Below are positions 11,200 to 21,885 of a stretch of DNA of 50,939 nt, piece after piece; the stretch's first letter is position 1, and every line of letters starts with the position of its first letter. The position numbers were made by a program, and so were the translations under genes. Source of the DNA: Diploschistes diacapsis (taxonomy: Eukaryota); NCBI GenBank assembly GCA_023645945.1, contig JALAIB010000013.1, positions 1-50,939 on the forward strand, given 5' to 3'. The notes below the pieces were generated by a model. It was not told the origin of the DNA, did not search any database, and saw only the letters and a list, made by a program, of their open reading frames with translations.

Positions 11200-14108
11200 T
11201 CCTTCAAACCCCATTCTAATAGGTACTGTCAGATCCGAAAGCTTTCAGTCTATAAATCTAATTTACTCGGATACGATTTCGAGACAGCCTCTAACTTTTA
11301 TTCAAAATCCATTTTCTGTATTGCGATATCATCTTCCGTATTCTTATTCTTTCATCCTGAATTTCTGTTTATTAGAGTCTCTCAGCTTTTGTTGCAAGGT
11401 CCCATATTCTTGAAGATTTACGGTATTCTCGTCCGCCGTACTCAGATTAACCGAAGTAAAATCCGTTATAATTTAACTTAGCAGAAACTGTTAGATACTA
11501 CTAACTTGCCCCTCTAACAAGAACTGAGCATTCAGGAGCTCACTTACTGCACGAATGCCTAGTCCAATGGTCACCCTTGGATTCTTCCCTTCTATCTTTT
11601 TACCCTTAAGATTTCCCTTTATAGATAGCTAGTTCCCTGCGGTTTCTTTCTTTGCCATATCTCTAGCTAGTTGCTTTCCGGTTACTTGGGGTTCATCCTG
11701 TAAAATTCTTTGACTTGTTTCCTTTCAGTCTTGTAGCTATGATGGTCTGTAACGGCAACTTGCATTATAACTAGCCCCTTTATGATCATCGAAAGGAACT
11801 CATCGTGATTGCAAGTGGTCCCAGGCCGTGGATCAAATTTCATGAAACTATATTGGCTCTAAACCATCTCTGCCTTCTGTATAGAATGCTATCTCGGACA
11901 ATACCTGGGGTCTGTTTTGTCGTACCTTCAATAGCGTTCAAGCTGTATTCCTAAATGCAGCCATTCAGAAGAGTTCGCCGCAATCATGCAGAGACATAGG
12001 CCGCTATTTTGCAGTCAATACTCTCTCCTACCAAGGAATTGGTTCCCGGCTTTTTGGTCCTCAGAATTGATCACTCCGTCGAGATTCTATAATTGTTACA
12101 GTTCTCATTTCCAATGAGTCACCTCTTTGCCGAGACAGCCTCGTCAATATCACCTATATTCTCCATATGCAAATCAAGACTCAAGCAGGTACTTGGAGAA
12201 GACCCTATCTCAATCTCTCTGTAGTGTAGCTGCGGTGGTGATCTAGAAAGAAGCCCTTGTCTTAGTAAAATATGCCGAAATGATATTGTTATATAAATAA
12301 CTGACTGGCCAGGTGTTGTGGTCGGGTCTCAGAACGACATAAAATAAGTAATACATGAAGCATAATCGTTTATCTGCTATAAGTCATTAGAATATATTGT
12401 TCTATTCCAGCCGAGATTGGATTGGCCTCCCCGTTCGCGAAAATACTAATAATAGAAAATCAATTCTTATTATACGATCGATGATAAGACAAAACCTTTA
12501 TACTCCCCAGTAATATCTGCTTTGGGTTGGAAGATCCAGTCAAAGATATTATTAATAACAATATTTCCGTCTTTACCCCAGTCCCATTGTGTTTGAAAGT
12601 TGAGGCCCTCATTCTAGTCTGGAGCATCAACTTGCAAAACACGATTGAAGAACTTATAGAATCCCCAACTTGTTATCCTCACTCGGTTTTATTTGTGTGA
12701 AGGTCCATGTTTATCTCTAAATTCTTTGCTGTTTCGAAACAGATGTTCCTAGTTTCTTCGGAAGATTTCTACCTTCTTGCAATTCCAAAATTTTTGACTC
12801 AGATTTGAACTACTTCGTTAATGAAGATTTTATCTCTTCAGAATCTCATATTCAACATGCTATATGCTAACAGCCACTTACTTTAAATTTGGGTATTCGG
12901 AACGGTACGGCGATTGCCTCATCTCAAGTGACGGAAAGTGCCACCGCTTTGCTACCAGCTTTCCGTCCTTTTCGTTGGCGTTACTACCTATCTGTGCCCT
13001 TCTATGCGTTCTCGGTACTATTCCTGGATAACAGTGCTTATGGTTCCTCAAAGCCTAATATAATAGGAATCCGCTATTGAATATGCTGCATCGTCATGGG
13101 CGATATATATTGGGTTTCTGACACACAAACATCGTCCTGTCCATAACGTGGTAGAACATGGAAGAACTGTCTCTGGATGTTGATCGTACTCCTCCCAGGA
13201 GTATTTCTGTCACTCCTCTAAGCAACTTCTTAGCTCATCACCCCCTTGATCTTTCTTTCTTTCCCCCTATGTGATAAAGTCAATTCTGGATGTATGATGG
13301 ATTGATGATGAAGGATGATCACTTCCGAAATACTATGGGACATAGGCCCAAGCAGCGCCAAGCCCATCTAGTCTAGTCAAGACCCCATACAGGTCCCATA
13401 ACACCCTATTGCGGAATCCATTTGTGATAAGTCGGCGTGACCTTAGCTGTTTTCTAGACGCAAAATAGTCGAAAGGTCCTATGTATTGATAGCGTCTTCC
13501 TAGTTATCCTTAAGGATTTGCTACTAGAGGTCGACGGGCTAATGACATCCACCAAACTCCTATGACAATATCTAGTATCGCGTTCGACAGTGGCTCAAGA
13601 TGCATTCAAAGGTCCCCTTATTATATAGATACCAAAGCTAATGACCCGCATTTGATAGCCGTGGTTCCTGGACTGGATTTCATCAAAGCTTTCCTCTAGG
13701 CTCTCCGTAGTCTCCAATTCCTTGGAGAACATAACTCGTCTATAGCACTTCTAACTTCAATCTACTTCTCGACAACTCTTGCTTTGAGTATTACTGAACC
13801 ATTTTCCGAAAGTACCAGCTTTCCGAGTCAGGTATCAGGGCTCCTTGAAGCGAGATGTTCGTTACTGGACGCCCAATCCGTACTGTGATCCCTGAGGAGA
13901 TTTTGGAATCGCTCTGCGCTACCCTCATCGAGGTCTCTTTACATCTCGGTTGCCTCTTTAAATCAATGGTCAAGGATTGCTTCTTCTGTCCCTCCGCAGT
14001 ATGACTCCTTACGTCTTGTGGTAGATTTCTTGGCCTGTAAGAGTGTTTTGTCAGGGCAAGCTCTATTAGGCAGCCGAGGAATGCGGTATTGCCCGGCTTA
14101 AAAGTCAT
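11200..14108 (-). pseudogene. Unknown protein family, decayed copy A
   Basis: 12660->12290 translates as YKFFNRVLQVDAPD*NEGLNFQTQWDWGKDGNIVINNIFDWIFQPKADITGEYKGFVLSSIV**ELIFYY*YFRERGGQSNLGWNRTIYSNDL*QI, then after a frameshift YYLFYVVLRPDHNTWPVSYLY. Homologous to copies at ~20.2 kb and ~33.6 kb. Outer boundaries are inferred. Confidence 0.7.
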
Positions 14109-16423
14109 GGTTATTTTTTTCGAGCTTTGTCCGGCTGAGAGTTAGGTAGCTATCGTATACGTGTAATTATGTCGTGTTCCTCACGAGAAGCTTTGAACTT
14201 CCCAATGGCTTCACTACTAGCCAAATTGATCGCACTGTTTCGGGTTCCCTGCTCTTCTTTCCACTAGTATAGCGAAGGCTGGGAAGGGAATTTTTTTGTT
14301 CATTTAGGGGTATGAAGCGACGGACTGAAACCAACTTACAACCTTCTGATAGTTGAGAGATATATTGACACCTACCAAGAACTTACAGTCACAGAGTATA
14401 ATAAAGTTAAGAATAGATGACTGACGAGGACAGACGAGGAGCCCCGGGAGAGTTTATTGAGCTGCCAAAACGTGCTCCGTCTCTGTTCTCTGAAGTCCAA
14501 GACAGGAAATTTTTGTAAGTATGTTTCAATGCAACTATATTCGATGTTATACATGGCGGTTACGTAGAGAAGATCGTTTCCTGGTCCTATACGTCAGGAA
14601 CTGATGGAATATACCTAAGTAGCGTGGGTACTTCCAGCAAGACGATCGAGACTGATCTCGAGCTCGGCTACCTTTTCCTTACTCCAACAACAGGTAATCT
14701 ACAATCAGTTGTCGAAAGGCAAATACTTCAAGACGATGGTATTCAGCTGTAGCAAATATATCTTGCTCGGACCTGACCAAGCCTGGACTGGGTTGAAGCG
14801 ATTACACAATGACTAGAGCTAGATATCTTTAAATGCTAATTTTCTACCGTTCTTGAGGCCGGAAAAAATTCTGGATCTGTCAACGAAGCAACGCCAGGAG
14901 GCTGGGATTCCTCAAACACAGGCGTTTCTTGATTGCATGATTTGGCCTAATCCGACAAGTGCAAAAGAAAGACTCCTCCTTTGTGTGTCAGGACACAAAA
15001 CTTATAGTTCCATGAACAGGCTGAAACAGCCGTCCAAAGGCAGAAGTAGCACTGTCTGCTCTGCTTTTCCTTCTCAACGCTACGGCGATACGAACTGTTG
15101 ACCTGCTCCGCTTTTCCCGCAAAGCTGCAGTACGAACTTAATAAACTTAGGGGCCGATGATGGCATGTTTCCTGAAAACCATACGTCTCGGTGTTTTGGG
15201 GGTATGCATATGAGTCAGGCTTCAACGACAACAAATGCCTGTCAAGTGTCCATTCGGATGTTTCGTCTGCGTGTAATCCGTAGTGGGTTCTCTGCGGTAT
15301 TTCTATCCTAATCTCCATATTGAGCATACTTTAGATAAGCTGGACCACAGCATTCGATCCTTCACTCGTGATAACAAGTTGTCGAAATAAGCGTATTTAG
15401 TATGAGCGTGTACGGGGTCCATGGTGGTGGTACTCCTAATCCAATTTTGCATTAGGGGTTGACGGCCTCAGGGTCGATCCTCAACATAACCCACTCATAT
15501 TCTACTACAGCTTGGAAGCAAGCCTCATCTCTATAGGTAGGTTTTTAGTTTCCTGTGGTTATCGGTAGGTATGTGATTCTTCACGATACGGTAGGCGGAT
15601 TAAACCAAGGATTCCTAACAATGTTACTTATCATGACACTACCTCCTTCTTCATCATGTTGATGGAAGGCTCCGAGTGGGTTGCGTTGACTCTAACAAGA
15701 AGGTGAAAACGCTTCTCTCCCGTTCCTAACTGTTTCTAGAATACTTCTCGATATCTTACATAGTTGGTGTCTGAAGGAGAGGCCGGAGAACTCTGCGGAC
15801 CTGCTTGATATTGAATGTGCTAGTTGAAAATCCACTGTAGCGTTAAAAACCACTCAACCCTTTGCTTTGGTCCTTTAGTAAAGTAGTTTGATACTTTCAC
15901 TATGATATTACCCAGAGGAAGTTTCGAGGAAGTAGCCGATATTATTGATGGAAAAACCAAGAAAATACAAATCCCTCGCGAATTCCGTATGCTATTATTC
16001 GGCAGAGCTGCTTGGAGCCTCGAATAAATGCTGGTTGTAGAGATATTTTTTAGAGTCCCATATCATCTGTTGCAGTTCCACGTGCTCTGCTGCCTAAATA
16101 TCCCGCATTTTTGGCTGATCTTTCCTCTCTATTTCGACTTCCATTTCAGCCACCTCCTTGCTTATGTTGGGAGTCCGAGAAAATCTAGCAGATGCTCCGA
16201 CTCCACTCCTTTCCTCGTCCACTTCTAGGGACACAGGCGAGCCTGATGCTCATTCAACATCCTATAAGAGATATTCTTGAATAAAACAAGGCAGACATCC
16301 TGAGCGAAGCAAATAGCCGAGTACTTTACAGAAACAAGGACGGAAAAAGGCTCCTGCTTATTTCTATAAAATCTCTCCTTATATCAATTAGAGCAAGTTA
16401 TAGTGCCGCGTCCTCCCTGCTAA

Positions 16424-16690
16424 TCAAGCACTTGGACTGCGTCTAAGTAATTCATATATGCCAGGAATGCATACAAAATTCATGGAATTGTCGATGGAAT
16501 TGAAGCTTTGCCCGTTGTCCACGACAATGGGAGTAGTAAATCTTTCTGTGTTGGCTAAAGATTCTGGCAGTCTTCTTCTTAACTGCCTTGAAAACTTTGG
16601 AATCATTTTCAGTCCAGTACTCGAATGTCTAGGTCGTGTGGCTGTCTGGGGGTCCTGCCTATCTTGCGGAAGATCCTGAACGCTGATTTC
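16424..16690 (-). pseudogene. Unknown module, tandem copy 2
   Basis: QDPQTATRPRHSSTGLKMIPKFSRQLRRRLPESLANTERFTTPIVVDNGQSFNSIDNSMNFV; homologous to 17225-17420. Confidence 0.55.
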
Positions 16691-17029
16691 CTTCTCCCCT
16701 CCGGAGTAAGAGGTGGATTCTGGCCTGGCATTTTTCTTTTGAAGGATCGTTTCAAAAGGTAAGTCAAAAGCAGAGAATTCTTTTCTTAATAGCGAAATCC
16801 GTGAATCTTTCAGAGTGGGTGAATTATTTCATGATCAGTGAACACCTCTCAAGAACTGTGTCCACGAAGACATCCTAATTAGCTATATTTCAGTCTGCTT
16901 TCTTACAACCACCTCCTGGTAAATTAACAGCATTTTAGGCGTCTTCCTAGCCAGCATTGGTCTCGATGACAACAATCTGTTTTGAAGCTGCTTGATCCTG
17001 AAGGTTTCCTATCTTTTAACGAAATGTTT

Positions 17030-17420
17030 ATGTCAAAGACTTGGCCGCAACCCACTTTTCCTCATAGTCTTGCTCTGTGATACCAGCTGCTTTGTAGGTA
17101 ACTTTTTCTTCTATTTCTATTATGATGATCCTCAGATAGTCTGCTGTTAGGGCCACTGCCGTAATTATTTTCCGCTTTATTTCGCAGAATAACGCGTATC
17201 GCTCTTCCTTAGGCTGTTATCTTACGAAGCTCATGAACACGTAAATGGTATTAAAGCTTTGACCATTATTTATTATAATCGGTGTTATATATATTTTAGT
17301 ATTCGTAAGCGGTTCTGGTAGTCTGGTTAATTGTTTAAACTTAAGGATTATTTTTAAGCTTGACTGCCTAGATCTGGTGGGTGTTTGTGGGTATTGCGTG
17401 CCTGCCGGAAGTCCTTGGAA
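17030..17420 (-). pseudogene. Unknown module, tandem copy 1
   Basis: QYPQTPTRSRQSSLKIILKFKQLTRLPEPLTNTKIYITPIIINNGQSFNTIYVFMSFVR*QPKEERYALFCEIKRKI...YKAAGITEQDYEEKW; one frame with an internal TAA. Confidence 0.55.
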
Positions 17421-19699
17421 GGTGGACCGTCGCCTCCCTTCAGTAGTAGGGGGTGGGTTGGTTGGTCAAGAGTCCGAACTATACCTGGCAAGGAAATCAC
17501 AACTCGTTTTAACGGTTTCGAGTTGAGAGGAAGAACAGTTGGCCAATACTTACCCCAAGGCGTAGCTAGAATCGATCAATCCTCGTAAAACGAAATTGGG
17601 GGGACGGCTTGATCTGCTATATATCCTGCACTCATATACAGTCTTCCTGCCCGTCCCAAATCGAAGCAAGCCGCACTGCTCTATTGCGCATTCGAAGCGG
17701 ACACCTGGATAGGATGGCAGTGGACCTCCCATCTTCGGTAAATGTGTTCTTTCCAGGTCGTAATAGATGCAAGAGTATAAACTTCCAGGCCGTCACCTCG
17801 GAGGCGCTGGCCAAAGCAGCACAAACAAAGCATCCTATGACTTCTGAATGCAAGTAGAACCAGAGCAGCCTTTGGGAAAACCTAATCGCCCCACAGTATC
17901 TTAAGTATGATATAACTTCTTCCCCAAAGGCTCCAATGCATCGCAGTGATGAGACAAGATGTGATACTAACACCAATGTCAAACCCTATTTGGTTAAGCC
18001 CCGGTACTTTCCACGTCTTCCTGTACGATCGTGCGGGAGGTAGCTCTAGTGTAAGATCCTGTGTGGGTATTGCGGGATCATCCAGTATGTGTAGTGGGCA
18101 GTAAGAGCAGCATTCTGGTATCTTACTCTGCCTGTAGGGAAGTTGGACATAGGTGAGATCTATCCTGTGGACATTCCAAGATTCGGGCTCCCTGCATGGC
18201 TTCGCTTTCAATTGGCTTAGATAAACACAGAAAATTTGGATGTCATCTTTGCTTAATGTGCGCCAGTATTCCTGCCTTTCTTAGATCTACCAAGGGGGGT
18301 CATAGCTGCGGTGTTTGCAACGGTGGAAGATCTTGAGCTAGTTTTTCTTGGGAATTCATCCATAGAAACTTTATCATTTCTCTTCGGGAGTTGGGTCTTC
18401 CTCCTTGTTGACAATCCCTGATACTCTGTCCCTAAAACCGAGTGAGCTTTGACGTAGCAGTAACAACCACACTCTCTCAAACTCTGTCTGTCATTTCCAT
18501 ATGATTAATCGAGACGATTGTCCGTTCGCGAGATAGATATGTTAGCTTCTACCAACTTTGTGCCATGGTTAAACGCTAAACTTTTATCGAACCCTGTCCG
18601 CAGAGGAAGATGCTCTCTCGTTACAAGCCTAATAACTTGGTCACACGTCCCTGACGTATTATAGCAAAACTAGTCTCGTGGATGTCGTATATCGATTTTA
18701 AAGCGGTGTATTATCGATTAGGGCGAAGAGTCTTGGGTTACTAGATGCTTGAGCCTCTTTGGAAGCTTGGAAGAGTTGAACCTGGTTATTGTGGGAAATC
18801 GAAAGACTGAATGCTCCGCGGTCATACTTGCTGGCACAATCTTGAGCTCAAGGATGCGCTATCATCAAACTCCACTCTTGTGCCCTTCGATAGTGTGCTT
18901 GAGCATCTTGTTTGAGGATGGCGATTAAGGTTGATAACTCTTTGCTTGCAGTGTCTCCGTCGCTCTTGCTCCTGGTTTAGAGGGATATGTCGCATCGCTC
19001 CTCAGGTTTCCTCTGGACTCTGGCGTTCTTCCGAAGTTGCCAGCTTTCCCAAACTTGTAGCTGAGCGGTGAGCGTTATATCACTTTGTCTTCACTCTTCT
19101 AGTCTCAAGTAGTTACGGTGGTCAATAGAATATAGTACCTTTGACATATAAAACCAGAAACGCCTCTCTTTGACCTCGCAGTCTTGAGATTGGATTTCCT
19201 GAAGTAGGATAGTTCTGACGTAGGCAGGAGAGTTTTTAAGGTGCCATCTATTGATAGTAGTGGTCCTAGCAGTACGCAGTATTCGTGAGTTTGCACTTAA
19301 AAATCTCTTTCCTGCCTCTTCTTTAATCCCTTTCTCTACCTTCCAATTACTTTTAATATTCCTTTCCTATCCATACCTTCTTTCGCTATACGATAGCTAT
19401 ATTGGATTATTCGTAACCATATCCACAATTCTTTTCTTCAGAGACCTGAACCTTACAAAGACTATTATCTTCCTAGCGTGCTCCGGAACTTGGCCATAAA
19501 TATCCGACCAAATTAGATTTTATTTTTCGTTTAAAAACCGGTCTTCCTATTCTTCATATCTGTGTCACGCGGCGATAATTAACTTAAAGTTATCGATTTT
19601 CATATAGATAACCTTTCTTACGCCACTGTGATATTAACCATGCCGGTTTATAAAGTATTTAAATACCGTAATCGAGATTGCGCACGGGCTCTTGACAGA

Positions 19700-21050
19700 T
19701 TCTCAATAAATCGAATCCCGGAAACGCCATAGCATGATGTTTTTGCAGTACTCCCAGAGTGCCTAGATCTCTTTTTTCTAGTTGTCTCATAATGACCCTT
19801 TGATTACGAGTGTGTCCGGGATTCCAGCTTTCGAGGGCTAGCTCCTGAGTCTCCTGGGCAAGGACTCAGCGTCGTCGGAACGCATGATCTGAGACCAAAT
19901 GGAGCCAGAGCGGTAATCCCGGTCAGGTTTGGAAACCATCTTCAAGTAGCCAAGTTTTATGGGAGAGGGTTGGAATGGTTAGAGACCCGGACGGTGCTCC
20001 TAACCGGTTCACCTAAAATGACAACCGAAGAACAGTAACGAGATTCGACAGGAGTCCTATCACGTTCCTTGGCCAGATGATTTCGGATAATAATCTGCTG
20101 TATCCCACTGAAGTACATGATACGACTCCGCCCAAGATTAGACTGGCCACCGCGCTCTCGTAGATGCCATTGATATAGGGCAAATTCTTGCTGCACAATC
20201 GAGCCTAAGGAAAGACCCTTGTAGATGCCGACACTATCGGCTTTTGCTTCAAAAATCCAGTCGAAAACCCCACTGGCGATAATACTCCTATGCAACTGCA
20301 TGTTTCATTCTGCTAGGAAGATGCTCCTAATATCGGTAAACCAGCGATAGAGCGGGAGGATAACAGTTCCTTAGGTTTGTATCGTTTCGCCGATGTGGTA
20401 CCGTGACGAAAGTCTCGACATCATGTAATTCGATCCATATGGAGTTCTGGGTGTCGACGATGGAGAAGGGTGAGCCTGGTTTGATCTTATATCCAAGGTG
20501 GGTGACCTGCTCCACATACAGTTATCTACCATCGAGGATTCCCCTACAGATGTTCGATCACGGGGCTTTGCTTGGTACGATTCAAGCAAAGAGAGGCACC
20601 CACCCAAACCCTACCCATGGCGTCTCCTAGGATATTTTTACAGCGTGAGGATTCAACCATCACAAACCATCGCCCCTGTCTGAGTCCCAGTGCGGAAACT
20701 ACAGAGGAGTCCCCTCGATTGTTACGATTATTATCCTCTCGTGCCACTAGGCCACACCATAAAGAAGGCTTTCCTCCCAGCTCATCATGGCCCGCAGCCG
20801 AATTCCGGTTGAACTGACCAAGAAGTTAAAGATCCTAAGCTCTGTATGGTAACCAAATCTGTCCTGGAGCCAGGCAAGTTGATAGTCCGAAAAGTAATAG
20901 GAAACACGACAATTCACGCTTAGAGCGTAACGGAAGATCAAAGGTTGGTTTTCCTGATTGCGCCATTGTTCTTGACAGCTTCTTTTTGGACATAACAGGT
21001 GTGGTTCTTGGGTATACTTGAAGGGTATTCTCGGCCTAGACAACCTCCGC
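19700..21050 (-). pseudogene. Unknown protein family, decayed copy B
   Basis: ORF 19957-20301 contains SGVFDWIFEAKADSVGIYKGLSLGSIVQQEFALYQWHLRERGGQSNLGRSRIMYFSGIQQI. Upstream, 21043->20327 is a single frame broken only by point stops. Boundaries approximate. Confidence 0.7.
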
Positions 21051-21885
21051 CATCCGGTTTGCGGATGTTGTTATAGCTCGATATTAGCCTAGATTCTTCT
21101 GTTGAAACCTCATATAGATAAGTACGGGCTTCCCTGCAGTATATCCTGAAGGGAACTTTGTAGTGGCTATATCAAGAACTAAGCAGCGAGAATAAGCGAG
21201 TATGTGAAGGCCGCAGAGACACTAGAGAGCAGACAAAGAGAAAAGAGAAGAGAAAGAGAGGAATGTACTCGAAGCGAGAGGAATATATAGCAAATTTGTT
21301 TGCTACATGATGGACGCATCGCCTCGGCTCCGCGTTGTAAATCTTGTGGGAGTGAATCCATGTAGGTTCCATGGACCGTCCCGCGGTTTGCACAAACACA
21401 GTAAGTAACGAAACAACGACAGAGTGAACTTCACTCCTGCACGTGCAACAGTTTGAGAACCAGGTGATGTGTAACAGACATCTCTTCTACTACTAATACC
21501 CATACAAGAGCGTTAAGGTTGCTTCAGGTTAAGTATAAGATAGATTTGAGTTACTTGAAGTTCTTCTCAGAACTTTCAGAATTTTTTTACAATCAATCGG
21601 TTTGAAGCCGTCTCTTGAGCTTCTTGCTTAGGCCTAAAATGGTGGAAACGGTGTTTGGCGGGTAGATTATTCTCAACATCACCAGTGCTACAGCCCGGCG
21701 AAACGGCAGAAATCAACTGTCTCTAATGACGAGTGGGTTTTCCGCCTTCTTTTAGCTGTTGAACATCGTCAAATCATTATCTTTCCCAAGCGCCATGGGA
21801 GATTCCTAAGGCAAGAATACCACCATAAAGAACGACTGTACCATAACATGCAGTGTATCATAGATGCACTACCGTCATCAAAGCC

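Noticed and set aside
12265..12282. FRHI as the catalytic HxD of copy A
   Set aside because: Different frame, too close to SYLY and lacking the Asp; may be coincidental.
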